Of a stretch of DNA of 64,000 nt, positions 30,636 through 42,421 are shown one piece after another (within the stretch, counting starts at the first letter, position 1; every line of letters begins with the position of its first letter). Position numbers and translations under genes: made by a program. Origin of the DNA: Desulfobacterales bacterium (GTDB taxonomy: Bacteria > Desulfobacterota > Desulfobacteria > Desulfobacterales > JAIPEE01); the NCBI GenBank assembly GCA_021737275.1, contig JAIPEE010000006.1, forward strand, positions 13,664 through 77,663, in the 5' to 3' direction. The notes below the pieces were generated by a model. That model made no database searches. It had not been told where the DNA came from and saw only the letters and a list, made by a program, of their open reading frames with translations.

Positions 30636-31331
30636 ATGACCCACAACAAAAAGGACGAGCGGGAATCGACCTCACAACGCCCGATAACAATTGCTGTTAC
30701 GGGTAATGCAGGATCCGGAAAAAGTGTTGTCTGCGAGTATTTTTCAGATATGGGCGCTACGGTAGTTAGTGCGGATGCACTTGCACGTGAGGTGGTTGAA
30801 CCCGGAACCGAATCTTATGGCCGGATTGTTGAGTATTTTGGTGATGAAATTCTTTCAGACGATAAAACACTTGACAGGCCAAAGCTTCGAAGACTCATCA
30901 GTCATGACGATACCGCAAAGAGCGCGCTGGAAAGTTTTACGCACCCTGAAATAATCAAAAGAATGCATCTTCATGCTACGGAAGCCGGAAGAGCCGGTAA
31001 GGATATTGTTGTTCTTGAGGTACCGCTTCTTTTTGAATCAGGACTTGAATCGCAATTTGATTATATTGTTCTGGTGACTTCTGATCAGGATATAAGACTT
31101 GAGCGGCTTGTAAAACGTGATCATGTTTCTGTTAAGGCTGCTGAAGAGCTTATTTCAATCCAACTGCCTGATGAGAAAAAAAAGATTTTTTCAGACTTTA
31201 TTATTGAAAATAACAGTGATTTAAAACATATTCTGAAAAGTGTTAAAAATATACTGGCAGCGGTTCTTCCGGATCGCAAAAGCAAGCGTAATTCCCATCG
31301 GCTTACTCGGTGGGGAGTGAATGAACAATAG
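30636..31331 (+). CDS. coaE: Dephospho-CoA kinase
   Basis: VTGNAGSGKS, ADALAREVV, LDRPKL, HPEI, EVPLLFE. Confidence 0.93.
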   Translation: MTHNKKDERESTSQRPITIAVTGNAGSGKSVVCEYFSDMGATVVSADALAREVVEPGTESYGRIVEYFGDEILSDDKTLDRPKLRRLISHDDTAKSALESFTHPEIIKRMHLHATEAGRAGKDIVVLEVPLLFESGLESQFDYIVLVTSDQDIRLERLVKRDHVSVKAAEELISIQLPDEKKKIFSDFIIENNSDLKHILKSVKNILAAVLPDRKSKRNSHRLTRWGVNEQ

Positions 31332-31745
31332 TGATATTGCTCCATGCAATTGAAGATCTCGGACCGTTTGCAGCAAGGGGAATTCAAAAAAACATGACAA
31401 TCCAAAAATGCTTGACATCCTTAAAATAATATCATAATGCAATAAAAAATGTATGGCTCTCGCCATTTGGAGAAAATGCCTTTAAAATTCTAATCAAAAA
31501 CATAATATAAGCATATTCTTCCAGAATAACCGTAAGGGTCCGTTAAAAAAATCGAAACGAGGTATTGTATAGCAAAGCAGAGTATGGCTGCATGAATTGG
31601 CATGTTTATAGCCATCGGATCACATATCATTTTATAAAGTTCTGTTTGTTGCACTACCCTGCAGGCAATACCATCAGATTTTTATGGAATCTTGAAAAAA
31701 TCCGAAAAATTTATAAATAAAGATAACTTAGAGTGAGGTATATTT

Positions 31746-32993
31746 ATGAACATTGTTGAGCTGAAGGAAAAGAAAATCAGTGAACTAACCAGCATGGCCA
31801 AAGGTTTTAAGATTGATGGCGCTGCAGGAATGCGTAAGCAGGAGCTGATTTTTGCTCTGCTCCAGGCTCAGATCGAAAAAGACGGGTCGATTTTTGGTGA
31901 AGGTACACTTGAAATTTTACCGGACGGGTTTGGCTTTTTAAGAGCCCAGAGCTATAATTATCTGCCCGGACCTGATGATATTTATGTCTCACCTTCACAG
32001 ATTCGAAGATTTAATCTTCGAACCGGCGATACGGTTTCCGGCCAGATCAGGCAACCCAAAGAATCTGAACGATATTTCGCACTGCTGAAGGTTGAAGCTG
32101 TCAACTTTGAAGATCCTGAAATTGCGCGTGAAAAAATTCTTTTTGATAACCTGACGCCACTTTATCCGGATGAAAAAATAAATCTTGAGTTTGATGCCGA
32201 TAATTATTCAACACGAATCATGGACCTGATGACGCCTGTTGGTTTTGGTCAGCGCGGCCTTATCGTTTCTCCACCCCGATCCGGTAAAACAATGCTGTTG
32301 CAGTTTATTGCAAACAGCATCACGTCCAACCATAAAGATGTTGTGCTTTTTGTCCTTCTGATTGATGAACGTCCTGAAGAAGTTACCGATATGGCACGTT
32401 CGGTTGACGGTGAAGTTATCAGCTCAACCTTTGATGAGCCGGCTGAACGTCATGTTCAGGTTGCTGAAATGGTTATTGAAAAAGCCAAACGCCTTGTTGA
32501 ACATAAGAAAAAAGTGGTCATTCTGCTGGATAGTATTACCAGGCTGGCCCGTGCGTATAATTCTGTTATGCCGCCAAGTGGAAAAATTCTTTCCGGTGGT
32601 GTTGATTCCAACGCTCTGCAGCGTCCGAAAAGATTTTTTGGCGCAGCAAGAAATATTGAAGACGGCGGCAGCCTGACAATTATTGCTACAGCACTGGTCG
32701 AAACCGGTAGCAGGATGGATGATGTTATTTTTGAAGAGTTCAAGGGTACCGGTAACATGGAAATTCAGCTTGATCGTCGCCTGGCTGATAAACGTCTGTT
32801 CCCGGCTATTGATATTAACAAGTCCGGAACACGTAAAGAAGAACTTCTGATGGACGAGCTTACACTTAACCGTGTGTGGATATTGAGAAAATTGCTTTCT
32901 TCACTTAATCCGATCGATGCACTTGAATTTTTACTTGATAAAATGAACGGAACAAGAGATAATAAAGAATTTATGGAATCAATGAATTCTTAA
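31746..32993 (+). CDS. rho: Transcription termination factor Rho
   Basis: [46 protein letters not shown]. Confidence 0.98.
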   Translation: MNIVELKEKKISELTSMAKGFKIDGAAGMRKQELIFALLQAQIEKDGSIFGEGTLEILPDGFGFLRAQSYNYLPGPDDIYVSPSQIRRFNLRTGDTVSGQIRQPKESERYFALLKVEAVNFEDPEIAREKILFDNLTPLYPDEKINLEFDADNYSTRIMDLMTPVGFGQRGLIVSPPRSGKTMLLQFIANSITSNHKDVVLFVLLIDERPEEVTDMARSVDGEVISSTFDEPAERHVQVAEMVIEKAKRLVEHKKKVVILLDSITRLARAYNSVMPPSGKILSGGVDSNALQRPKRFFGAARNIEDGGSLTIIATALVETGSRMDDVIFEEFKGTGNMEIQLDRRLADKRLFPAIDINKSGTRKEELLMDELTLNRVWILRKLLSSLNPIDALEFLLDKMNGTRDNKEFMESMNS

Positions 32994-33040
32994 AAATAGA
33001 TATTTTATTGAATAATATAATTATTAGGGGGTTTTTAAAG

Positions 33041-33259
33041 ATGAAAGAGAAAATTCATCCTGAGTATGCTCAGACAACACTCAGATGTGCCTGTGGCAGT
33101 GAAATCCAGGCCGGTTCAACAAAAAAGGATATTAATGTTGAAATCTGTTCAAAATGTCATCCTTTTTTTACGGGTAAACAGAAACTGATTGATACGGCTG
33201 GCCGTATTGAGCGGTTCCGTAAAAAATATGAAAAGTTTCAGACGCCTCAGGCAAAATAA
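33041..33259 (+). CDS. rpmE: 50S ribosomal protein L31 (Zn-binding type)
   Basis: [29 protein letters not shown]. Confidence 0.96.
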   Translation: MKEKIHPEYAQTTLRCACGSEIQAGSTKKDINVEICSKCHPFFTGKQKLIDTAGRIERFRKKYEKFQTPQAK

Positions 33260-33463
33260 GCTAAAATTTATCGTTATTTGTCTTAAAGTGCCCATTCGGA
33301 ATTTATTTTAATCCGGATGGGCATTATTTGATTTCGATTACAGATTAGTATGGTTCTTCATTGGAACCTTTCTCAAAAATATTCTCAGCTATAATAGTTA
33401 AGGTATATTTTTAAGACAGGTTGTTGATCTATTTGATATTTTTAAGTTTAGCGGTACTTCATA

Positions 33464-34561
33464 ATGCTTGATAAGTTACAAGGTGTAGAAGAGCGGTTTC
33501 AGGAGCTGGAAAAGCTTTTAAGCGATACTCAGGTTGTTCAGGATCGCGAAGCATATCAGAAGTACAGCCGTGAACACGCTGAGCTGAGTAAAATTGTATC
33601 GGTTTACAGGGTTTATCAGGAGACTGATAATAATCTTACCGGCAGTCTTGAGCTCCTCAAGGATGATGATCCTGAGATGAAAGAACTGGCTCGCCTCGAT
33701 GTCCAGAAACTGACAGCAGAAAAAGATAAACTTGAAACAGAACTGAAAAAACTGCTTATCCCCAAAGATCCCAATGATGAGAAGAATGTGCTCATTGAAA
33801 TCCGTGCCGGTATTGGTGGTGAAGAGGCCGGCCTTTTCGGGAGCAACCTTTTCAGAATGTACAGCCGGTATGCAGAAAGAAATGGCTGGAAGGTTGAGAT
33901 CATGAGCCATAATACAACCGGTGTAGGCGGGTTAAAAGAAATTATCGCCATGGTTCATGGAAAAGGTGCATATAGCCGCTTGAAATATGAAAGCGGTACA
34001 CATCGTGTCCAGCGTGTTCCTGCAACAGAGGCACAGGGCCGGGTTCATACCTCGGCCGTAACGGTTGCTGTTTTACCTGAAGCAGAAGAAGTTGAACTTA
34101 AAATTGAACCAAATGAAGTCAAGGTAGATGTTTATCGATCATCAGGTCCGGGCGGCCAGTCTGTTAACACAACAGATTCCGCTGTTCGCCTGACACATCT
34201 GCCAACCGGTCTTGTTGTTACATGTCAGGATGAAAAGTCCCAGATAAAAAACAAGGCGAAGGCCATGCGTGTTCTCAGGGCTCGCCTTTTTGATCTTATC
34301 CAGGGAGAGCAAGATGATAAACGATCTGAAGACAGGAAAAGTCAGATTGGTAGCGGGGACAGGAGTGAACGAATCCGGACATATAATTTCCAGCAGGGCC
34401 GGGTTACCGATCACCGTATCGGGCTGACATTATACAAGCTTGAAGCGGTTCTTGATGGAGAGATTGATGAAGTCGTAGAGCCGTTGACAACCTTTTACCA
34501 GAGCCAGGCATTACAACATGCAGAATCAGAAAACCGACAGGGACAGATGGATAATTCTTGA
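33464..34561 (+). CDS. prfA: Peptide chain release factor 1
   Basis: [14 protein letters not shown] (PxT motif), RSERIRTYN. Confidence 0.97.
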   Translation: MLDKLQGVEERFQELEKLLSDTQVVQDREAYQKYSREHAELSKIVSVYRVYQETDNNLTGSLELLKDDDPEMKELARLDVQKLTAEKDKLETELKKLLIPKDPNDEKNVLIEIRAGIGGEEAGLFGSNLFRMYSRYAERNGWKVEIMSHNTTGVGGLKEIIAMVHGKGAYSRLKYESGTHRVQRVPATEAQGRVHTSAVTVAVLPEAEEVELKIEPNEVKVDVYRSSGPGGQSVNTTDSAVRLTHLPTGLVVTCQDEKSQIKNKAKAMRVLRARLFDLIQGEQDDKRSEDRKSQIGSGDRSERIRTYNFQQGRVTDHRIGLTLYKLEAVLDGEIDEVVEPLTTFYQSQALQHAESENRQGQMDNS

Positions 34562-35417
34562 CCTGGTTAAGTGGGCCACCTCATATTTTAAATCCCATAA
34601 TATTGAAAACCCGAGGGCATCTGCCGAACTTCTTCTGGCGCATACGCTGAAGTTGAGGCGGATAGATCTGTACCTGCAATATGACCAGCCGCTAGAAAAG
34701 CCTGAGCTTGCCGCTTTCAAGTCTTTTATCAAACGCCGCGTAAATAAAGAGCCGGATGCATATATTCTTGGTGTCAAAGAGTTCTGGTCCATGGCATTGA
34801 CAGTAACGCCCGATGTTCTGATTCCAAGGCCGGAAACAGAATTTCTTGTTGAAAAGATTCTTGAAACGTTTAAGTCGAATTATGGAAATGAGCCTTTAAA
34901 TATTCTGGATCTGGGCACCGGGAGTGGTGCAATAACAATTGCACTGGCATCGGAGTGCCCGGCAAATGTCTTTTTTGCTTCGGATAAATCCGTTCGGGCG
35001 CTTGGGATTGCAAAAAAGAATGCAATGCAACATGTACCTGACCGGAATATTAATTTTTTATGCGGCAATTGGCTGGACTCTTTTAAACAACCGGGTGCGC
35101 AGTTTGATATAATTATTTCAAATCCGCCATATATTGAAAGTGGAATTATTTCCGGTCTTGAACCGGAAGTGTGCAAATATGAACCCCATACGGCACTGGA
35201 TGGCGGTGAAGATGGCCTTGATGATATCCGAAAGATTATTGAATCAGCCCATTTATTTCTCAAACCCGGCGGATGGCTTTTTCTCGAAATGGGCTTTGAT
35301 CAGCAGCCGGGTGTCAGCAAAATTGTTGCGGCGGTCGGCAGATATGATCATCTTAACTTTTCGAAGGATTACAGCGGTCATGACAGAGTTGTTGAAATGA
35401 GAAAAAATAAGGGCTAA
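34518..35417 (+). CDS. prmC: Release factor glutamine methyltransferase
   Basis: [23 protein letters not shown]; follows prfA. Confidence 0.95.
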   Translation: MQNQKTDRDRWIILDLVKWATSYFKSHNIENPRASAELLLAHTLKLRRIDLYLQYDQPLEKPELAAFKSFIKRRVNKEPDAYILGVKEFWSMALTVTPDVLIPRPETEFLVEKILETFKSNYGNEPLNILDLGTGSGAITIALASECPANVFFASDKSVRALGIAKKNAMQHVPDRNINFLCGNWLDSFKQPGAQFDIIISNPPYIESGIISGLEPEVCKYEPHTALDGGEDGLDDIRKIIESAHLFLKPGGWLFLEMGFDQQPGVSKIVAAVGRYDHLNFSKDYSGHDRVVEMRKNKG

Positions 35418-35542
35418 ACACCGATATTATTTTAAAAATTGTATAAAAACTATTGCGATTCAAAAGGTTATTTGTTAGCTAAAGAGGATTTTAAACATGA
35501 AGCACTTGCATATCTCATAAACAGATGTGGATGTGCATTAAA

Positions 35543-35625
35543 ACTCACACGCTTTTGGACCTTTTTCCTGGTGCTCTCAATGGCTGAGAGTCGGAAACAG
35601 GGATGACAAAGGCGGTGGACAAACC
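35543..35625 (+). promoter_or_regulatory. rpsB 5' leader RNA (t44/S2 autoregulatory element-like)
   Basis: CACAC..GGTG..structured stem..GTGGA..AACC directly upstream of the rpsB RBS. Confidence 0.55.
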
Positions 35626-35644
35626 AATTTGTAAAGGAGAAAAA

Positions 35645-36547
35645 ATGGCTTATGTAACAATGAAAGAGCTTCTGGAAGCAGGTGTTCATTTTGGTCACCA
35701 GACCAGGCGTTGGAACCCGAAGATGAAACCTTATATCTTTGGCGCAAGAAATGGTATCTACATTATCGATCTTCAAAAAACGGTTCGCATGTTCAAAGGT
35801 GTTTATGACTTTGTTGTAGACACTGTTGCAAGCGGAAAGTCGGTTCTTTTTGTCGGAACCAAAAAACAGGCCCGTGATTCCGTATATGAAGAGGCTAATC
35901 GTTGTGAAATGTACTATGTTCATAACAGATGGCTTGGCGGTATGTTGACCAACCTCCAGACAGTCAAGAAAAGTATTGATCGACTGAACTATCTCAACAC
36001 CATTGAAAATGATGAAACAATAAACATGTTTCCCAAAAAAGAGCGTTTGAAGATGGGTAAGGAACGTGTTAAACTGGATAATACCCTTGGCGGTATCCGT
36101 ACCATGAGTGCACTTCCAGGTGCAATTTTTGTTGTTGATCCTAATAATGAAACGATTGCCGTACGTGAAGGACGTCGTCTGAATATTCCGATTGTATCCA
36201 TTGCAGATACGAATTGTGACCCCGACCTTATTGATTATATTATACCCGGTAATGACGATGCGATCCGGGCCATTCGTCTGATCACCTCAAAGATTGCTGA
36301 TGCCGGTATTGAGGGTAAAGAGCGCTATGAGGCAAAGCGTCGTGCAGACGCCGACAAACAGGGTGATGAGGAATCAGAAGTCTCAACTGCAGCGGCAGAT
36401 ATGAAACCGGGTGAACGCAAGGTGATTTCCGATGGAGCAGAAGGACCGGTAATTGAAATCATTAAACGATCAACAGAACCCACAGAAGGTACTGTTGAAG
36501 AAAATACAGCAGCAGAAACACAGGAGAATGAAGATGGCAGTAATTAA
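35645..36547 (+). CDS. rpsB: 30S ribosomal protein S2
   Basis: [33 protein letters not shown]; AAGGAG RBS. Confidence 0.98.
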   Translation: MAYVTMKELLEAGVHFGHQTRRWNPKMKPYIFGARNGIYIIDLQKTVRMFKGVYDFVVDTVASGKSVLFVGTKKQARDSVYEEANRCEMYYVHNRWLGGMLTNLQTVKKSIDRLNYLNTIENDETINMFPKKERLKMGKERVKLDNTLGGIRTMSALPGAIFVVDPNNETIAVREGRRLNIPIVSIADTNCDPDLIDYIIPGNDDAIRAIRLITSKIADAGIEGKERYEAKRRADADKQGDEESEVSTAAADMKPGERKVISDGAEGPVIEIIKRSTEPTEGTVEENTAAETQENEDGSN

Positions 36548-37130
36548 TGCTTCAATGGTAAAAGAGCTTCGTGATAAAACCGGAGCCGGTATGATGGATT
36601 GTAAAAAAGCACTGTCTGAAAATGACGGTGATATGGATAAAGCTGTTGATTTTTTGAGAAAAAAAGGTATTGCGACAGCTGAAAAACGTTCCGGCAGAGC
36701 GATGTCGGAAGGTACAATTCAGTCTTATATTCATATGGGCGGCAAAATTGCAGCTATGGTTGAAGTTGGATGTGAAACAGATTTTGTTGCAAAAAACGAA
36801 GACTTTCAGGAGTTTACAAGAAACATTGCTATGCATGTTGCTGCAACCTGCCCTGCAGGTATTTCCCAGGACGATATTCCGGCAGAAGTTATTGAAAAAG
36901 AGATGACGATCTACCGTGATCAGGCTAGAGAAATGGGCAAACCTGAAAATATTTTGGACAAAATTGCCGAAGGTAAACTGGGCAAGTATTTTAAAGAAAA
37001 CTGTCTGCTTAATCAGGATTATGTAAAAAACCCGGAATTGACAATTCAGGATCTTCTGAATGAGCTGATAGCAAAAATGGGTGAAAATATTTCCATTAAA
37101 CGTTTTGCCCGCTTCCAGGTAGGAGAATAA
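36534..37130 (+). CDS. tsf: Elongation factor Ts (short form)
   Basis: [27 protein letters not shown]. Confidence 0.97.
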   Translation: MAVINASMVKELRDKTGAGMMDCKKALSENDGDMDKAVDFLRKKGIATAEKRSGRAMSEGTIQSYIHMGGKIAAMVEVGCETDFVAKNEDFQEFTRNIAMHVAATCPAGISQDDIPAEVIEKEMTIYRDQAREMGKPENILDKIAEGKLGKYFKENCLLNQDYVKNPELTIQDLLNELIAKMGENISIKRFARFQVGE

Positions 37131-37136
37131 AACACA

Positions 37137-37853
37137 TTGGCTCTTCCACAATATAAAAGAATAATGCTTAAATTGAGTGGAGAGGCCCTGATGGGCGATC
37201 AGGGTTTTGGGATCAGCCCGGATATTATTCAATATGTTGCCGAAGAAATTCGGTCCGTATTTGATCTCGGAATCCAAATAGCCATAGTTGTTGGTGGCGG
37301 CAATATATTTAGAGGTGTAGCAGCGACATCCTATGGTATGGATCGTGTTTCAGCAGATCATATGGGAATGCTGGCCACGGCTATTAACAGCCTTGCGCTC
37401 CAGGATGCACTTGAGAAAAAAGGGGTTCAGTCACGAGTGCAATCAGCCATTCAAATGAATGAAGTGGCTGAGCCTTATATCAGAAGAAAAGCAATCCGGC
37501 ACATGGAAAAGGGCCGGGTTGTGATATTTGCAGCCGGAACCGGCAGCCCGTATTTTACAACGGATACGGCTGCCGTTTTGAGAGCTCAGGAAGTTCATGC
37601 CGAGATTTTGCTCAAGGCAACCAAGGTTGACGGGCTTTATGATTCTGATCCGGTGGTGAACAAGGATGCAAAATTTATCCATTCCATGAGCTATATGGAG
37701 GTTATCTCCAAACAGCTCCACGTGATGGATATGACGGCAATTTCACTTGCCATGGATAACCAGCTTCCCCTTGCTGTTTTCAACCTGAAAAAAGAAGGGA
37801 ATATCAGGAGCGTTGTCTGTGGTAAGAAAATTGGGACACGAATTACGGTGTGA
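37137..37853 (+). CDS. pyrH: Uridylate kinase
   Basis: [23 protein letters not shown]. Confidence 0.97.
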   Translation: MALPQYKRIMLKLSGEALMGDQGFGISPDIIQYVAEEIRSVFDLGIQIAIVVGGGNIFRGVAATSYGMDRVSADHMGMLATAINSLALQDALEKKGVQSRVQSAIQMNEVAEPYIRRKAIRHMEKGRVVIFAAGTGSPYFTTDTAAVLRAQEVHAEILLKATKVDGLYDSDPVVNKDAKFIHSMSYMEVISKQLHVMDMTAISLAMDNQLPLAVFNLKKEGNIRSVVCGKKIGTRITV

Positions 37854-37921
37854 ACCGTGAGATAAGGATAGACCTGTTTCCCCTTTTATAATGATATCTA
37901 ATTAGCTTTGAGGTGAATGAG

Positions 37922-38479
37922 ATGATTGAATCGGTATATCAGGAAGCCAGGGACAAAATGGGCAAGGCAATTATTGCCCTTGGAAATGAATTTAAAAGGG
38001 TTCGCACAGGCCGTGCTTCATCAAGCCTTCTTGACGGAATTCGGGTTGATTATTATGGTACCCAGACGCCGCTTAATCAGATGGCATCTGTTTCCATACC
38101 TGAAAGCAGACTAATAAACATTCAACCCTGGGATGCCACTGCCATTAAAGATATTGAGAAGGCTATTTTAAAATCGGACCTCGGCCTGACGCCTTCAAGT
38201 GATGGCAAACTTATTCGTATTGCTATACCGCCACTTACTGAAGAGCGAAGAAAGGATCTTGTAAAGGTTGTCCACAAGATGGCTGAAGAGCATAAGGTTG
38301 CGGTCAGGAATATTCGCCGTGATGCTAATGATTTGCTCAAGGAGTTCAAAAAAACCGGCGAAATTTCAGAAGATGATGCTTTCAAGGCACAGGACAAGGT
38401 TCAGAAAATAACTGACGAGCATATCAAAAAGATTGACGAGTGCTCTGAAGAAAAAGAGAAAGAGATCCTTGAGTTCTAG
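37922..38479 (+). CDS. frr: Ribosome recycling factor
   Basis: [24 protein letters not shown]. Confidence 0.97.
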   Translation: MIESVYQEARDKMGKAIIALGNEFKRVRTGRASSSLLDGIRVDYYGTQTPLNQMASVSIPESRLINIQPWDATAIKDIEKAILKSDLGLTPSSDGKLIRIAIPPLTEERRKDLVKVVHKMAEEHKVAVRNIRRDANDLLKEFKKTGEISEDDAFKAQDKVQKITDEHIKKIDECSEEKEKEILEF

Positions 38480-39227
38480 CAATAGCGCTTCCGGTGATAT
38501 TGACATCGATAAAGAGAAGCTCCCGACCCATGTTGCCATTATTATGGATGGCAACGGCAGGTGGGCCCAAAAACACCTGTTCAAGCGTGTAAGGGGCCAT
38601 GAAAAGGGCGCTGAAACAGTTCGCACCATTATCAGAACATCCCGTTCAATAGGTATTCCCATTCTGACATTATATGCGTTTTCCACTGAGAACTGGCAGC
38701 GGCCAAAACATGAAGTTATGGCGCTGATGTCACTTCTTAAAAAGTTTTTGATATCTGAATGCCAGGAGATGGTGGATAATAATATTCGCCTGAATGTCAT
38801 CGGGCAGGTGGAAAAACTGCCAAAGGATGTTCAGGAAACTATCAGTGAGACTAAAGCTGCAACAGCAGGAAATAATAACCTTCTGCTTAATCTTGCATTA
38901 AGCTATGGCAGCAGGGCTGAAATAGTAGAGTCGGTTCAGAGAATTGCTGCAAAAGTAAAAAACGGCGATATTGATGTTGAAGCCATTACACCTGATTTAA
39001 TTTCCGACCATCTTTATACCGGTGGAATGGCTGATCCGGATCTTTTGATTCGGACAAGCGGTGAGATGCGTATCAGTAATTTTCTGCTCTGGCAGATTGC
39101 ATATTCGGAAATATATGTTACTGAAACACTGTGGCCGGATTTTTCAAAAGAGGAGTATCTGGAGATACTCAAATCTTACCGGAATCGTGAAAGACGGTTT
39201 GGCAAGGTACCCTTACAAGGTAAATAA
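38469..39227 (+). CDS. uppS: Undecaprenyl diphosphate synthase
   Basis: [36 protein letters not shown]; start codon uncertain. Confidence 0.95.
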   Translation: MSSSNSASGDIDIDKEKLPTHVAIIMDGNGRWAQKHLFKRVRGHEKGAETVRTIIRTSRSIGIPILTLYAFSTENWQRPKHEVMALMSLLKKFLISECQEMVDNNIRLNVIGQVEKLPKDVQETISETKAATAGNNNLLLNLALSYGSRAEIVESVQRIAAKVKNGDIDVEAITPDLISDHLYTGGMADPDLLIRTSGEMRISNFLLWQIAYSEIYVTETLWPDFSKEEYLEILKSYRNRERRFGKVPLQGK

Positions 39228-39270
39228 ACAAGTAGCATGGATCAAAAAGATCTGTGACGAGAAATATGAT

Positions 39271-40083
39271 ATGCATTTAAAACGATGGATAACAGCAATA
39301 ATTGCGCTCCCATTATTATACTTCCTTATTGGAAAAGGCTCTTCTGAAATATTTTCAATTATAACCGGTTTAATCTGCATCCTCTCTCTACGGGAATACT
39401 TTCGGATTGTTTATAATAACAACAAAGGTAAAAAACCGTTTTCAATAATTTTATGGGGTTTTATTATCGGGCCTGCCATTGTTTTTGCAATGCACATCAG
39501 ATCATTTGAAATGGTTTTTGGCCTGATCATTTTTTCTTTTATAGTGCCGGGTTTCTTTTCACTATTTTATTTCAAGAACGATAAAAAAGCACTGGAATTT
39601 GTCTTTAAAAATACGCTTGGTATGATTTATATTCCGTTGCTTTTATCTTGCCTTGTGCTGCTTCGAAATGGAGACAATGGCTCAAGCTGGATTTTTCTCC
39701 TGCTGGCCGTTGTCTTTGCCGGTGACAGCGGTGCTTTTTATGCCGGCTCTTACCTTGGACGCCATAAACTTTGTCCGGCGGTTAGCCCCAATAAAACCAT
39801 TGAAGGCTCTATTGGCGGTTTGGTTTCCAATGTTGCGGTCGGGTTTCTGTTCAGCTATCTGCTTTTGCCGGATCTGCATCCTGGATTACTGGTGCTGTTT
39901 TGTCTCACTGTAGGGGCAGCGGCACAGGTTGGCGACCTGTTTGAGTCGGAGCTAAAAAGATCCGCCGGCATTAAGGATTCCGGCAATATTCTGCCTGGCC
40001 ATGGCGGTATTCTGGACAGGATTGATGCCCTGCTTTTTGCGCTTCCAGTGGCCTATTTTATTAAGGAATATATAATTTTTTAA
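39271..40083 (+). CDS. cdsA: Phosphatidate cytidylyltransferase
   Basis: SPNKTIEG, GDLFESELKRSAGIKDSG..PGHGGILDRID. Confidence 0.95.
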   Translation: MHLKRWITAIIALPLLYFLIGKGSSEIFSIITGLICILSLREYFRIVYNNNKGKKPFSIILWGFIIGPAIVFAMHIRSFEMVFGLIIFSFIVPGFFSLFYFKNDKKALEFVFKNTLGMIYIPLLLSCLVLLRNGDNGSSWIFLLLAVVFAGDSGAFYAGSYLGRHKLCPAVSPNKTIEGSIGGLVSNVAVGFLFSYLLLPDLHPGLLVLFCLTVGAAAQVGDLFESELKRSAGIKDSGNILPGHGGILDRIDALLFALPVAYFIKEYIIF

Positions 40084-40094
40084 ATAAATTTATA

Positions 40095-41258
40095 ATGCAA
40101 AAACAACTTTCCATACTCGGCTCAACCGGCTCCATAGGCTGCAATACACTGAAAATTATTGAGATGTTTCCAGATAAGTTTTCTGTCAGGGCTCTTGCTG
40201 CAAGAAATAATATTCCATTGTTGTCCGAGCAGATCAGGAAATTTAACCCTGATATCGTTGCTGTATTTAATGAAGAGCTTGCTGAAGAGCTGACATCTGC
40301 TTTGCCTGCTGATTTTAACCCTGAAATTGTTTATGGTATCGAAGGATATAAAAAAGCAGCTATACTGGAATCGATTGACATGGTTGTTACGGCAGTGGTT
40401 GGTTCTGCCGGCCTCATACCGACACTGGCAGCCATTGACGCCGGTAAAAATATTGCACTGGCCAACAAGGAAACCCTTGTCATGGCGGGTGATATTGTCA
40501 TGAAAATGGCTGCAGAAAAAAATGTTAAGATTTTACCGATTGACAGTGAGCACAGTGCCATATCCCAGTGCCTGGAAGGATACCGGAAAACCGATCTTGA
40601 AAAAATTCTGCTTACAGCATCGGGTGGTCCTTTTCTAAATAAATCTGCAGAAGAATTTTCTCTGGTCAAACCGGAAGATGCGCTCAACCATCCGACTTGG
40701 GCCATGGGTGAAAAAATCAGCATTGATTCAGCCACATTGATGAATAAAGGGCTGGAGGTTATTGAAGCCAAATTTCTGTTTGATGTACCCCATGATATGA
40801 TCAAAGTGGTTGTACACCCCCAGAGTGTGATCCATTCCATGGTTTCTTATATCGATGGCTCTGTTATCGCGCAGATGGGTATTCCGGACATGAAAGGGGC
40901 GATTGCATATGCACTGTCATACCCGGAGCGATTACCTTTGAAACAGCCGATCCCGGATTTTGCAGAGCTGGGATCTTTAACATTTGAAAACCCGGATCTG
41001 GAGAAATTTCCCTGTCTTGACCTGGCCTTTCAGGCCTGCAGTGCCGGCGGTACAATGCCCGCTGTACTGAATGCGGCCAATGAGATAGCTGTTCATGCAT
41101 TTTTAAAATGTCATATCAGCTTTGACCGGATTCCGGTCATGATAAAAAAAACAATGGCACAACATACTGTTATCAATGACGCTTCCCTTGATGAAATTAT
41201 TGAAGCGGATGAATGGGCAAGAAAGTTTGTAGAAAATCTTGTCAAATCCGGGCGTTGA
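40095..41258 (+). CDS. dxr: 1-deoxy-D-xylulose 5-phosphate reductoisomerase
   Basis: LGSTGSIG, LANKE, PIDSEH, NKGLEVIEA. Confidence 0.97.
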   Translation: MQKQLSILGSTGSIGCNTLKIIEMFPDKFSVRALAARNNIPLLSEQIRKFNPDIVAVFNEELAEELTSALPADFNPEIVYGIEGYKKAAILESIDMVVTAVVGSAGLIPTLAAIDAGKNIALANKETLVMAGDIVMKMAAEKNVKILPIDSEHSAISQCLEGYRKTDLEKILLTASGGPFLNKSAEEFSLVKPEDALNHPTWAMGEKISIDSATLMNKGLEVIEAKFLFDVPHDMIKVVVHPQSVIHSMVSYIDGSVIAQMGIPDMKGAIAYALSYPERLPLKQPIPDFAELGSLTFENPDLEKFPCLDLAFQACSAGGTMPAVLNAANEIAVHAFLKCHISFDRIPVMIKKTMAQHTVINDASLDEIIEADEWARKFVENLVKSGR

Positions 41259-41322
41259 TATTATTGTTTCTAAATCTTAATATTAGATTATAAATAAATT
41301 AATATGAGGTTATTAAATTTTT

Positions 41323-42390
41323 ATGATTAATAATGTTTTTGCATTTGTCGTAGTTCTCGGCATTTTAATATTTTTCCATGAACTTGGCCATTTCCTGGTT
41401 GCCAGGCTTTTTGGTGTGGGCGTAGAAAAATTTTCCCTGGGTTTTGGCCCTAAAATTATTGGGAAAAAATTTGGAATGACAGACTACCGGATTTCAGCCA
41501 TTCCGTTGGGTGGATATGTCAAGATGGTCGGGGAAGAACCGGATGCTGAACTTTCCCCTGAAGATATTCCTTATTCATTTACACATAAGCATGTTTTGAA
41601 AAAGATGTTGATTGTTGCTGCAGGACCATTTTTTAATTTGCTGCTGGCAGTAATTATATTCTTTTTCATATTTCAGTTTAACGGGAATGTTATATTAAAA
41701 GCGACTGTTGGCGGTGTGGAAGAGGGGACACCTGCTTTCGAAAGCGGTGTTCAGGCAGGAGATGAGATTGTCGGCATTAATGGTAGCCCGGTTAAGAGCT
41801 GGGATGAAATGGCCGTTCTTATCACAGAAAGTAACGGCAATGTGCTTGTATTTGATGTGATGAGAGGCAATGAAGTCATTGCCCTTGAGATTACACCGTT
41901 AAAAAAAGCTGCTAAAAATCTTTTTGGTGAAGATATTGATCGTTATGTTATTGGGGTAACCTCAGCCGGTGAGATCTACACTGAGGCGCTCAATCCATTC
42001 CAGGCTGTTTCACAAAGTATAGCGCAGACATATAACATAACAAAATTGACCATTGTCAGTATTGTGAAATTGATTCAGGGAAGAATTTCTGCAAAAACGT
42101 TGGGCGGGCCCATTATGATTGCAGAAATGGCAGGGCAACAGGCTGAAGCCGGCAGTTTAAACTTTGTTTTTTTTATCTCTCTTTTAAGTATTAATCTGGC
42201 TATTTTAAATTTTTTACCGATTCCTGTACTGGATGGCGGCCACCTCATGTTCTTTTTTATCGAACTGATTATCCGGCGCCCGATAAATACAAGGGTAAGA
42301 GAAATTGCCCAGCAAACAGGCATGGTGATACTTTTAACCTTGATGATATTTGTTTTTTATAATGATATAACGCGTGTTTTTTTCGAATAA
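41323..42390 (+). CDS. rseP: RIP metalloprotease RseP
   Basis: HELGH, PLGGYVKM, PDZ segment, NFLPIPVLDGG. Confidence 0.95.
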   Translation: MINNVFAFVVVLGILIFFHELGHFLVARLFGVGVEKFSLGFGPKIIGKKFGMTDYRISAIPLGGYVKMVGEEPDAELSPEDIPYSFTHKHVLKKMLIVAAGPFFNLLLAVIIFFFIFQFNGNVILKATVGGVEEGTPAFESGVQAGDEIVGINGSPVKSWDEMAVLITESNGNVLVFDVMRGNEVIALEITPLKKAAKNLFGEDIDRYVIGVTSAGEIYTEALNPFQAVSQSIAQTYNITKLTIVSIVKLIQGRISAKTLGGPIMIAEMAGQQAEAGSLNFVFFISLLSINLAILNFLPIPVLDGGHLMFFFIELIIRRPINTRVREIAQQTGMVILLTLMIFVFYNDITRVFFE

Positions 42391-42421
42391 AATTTTAACA
42401 GATTAACCTGAGAATTGACCT

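Noticed and set aside
36552-37277. 241-aa antisense ORF over tsf/pyrH, and similar shadow ORFs over groSL, metK and purL
   Set aside because: Antisense to highly conserved genes, with no motifs or RBS
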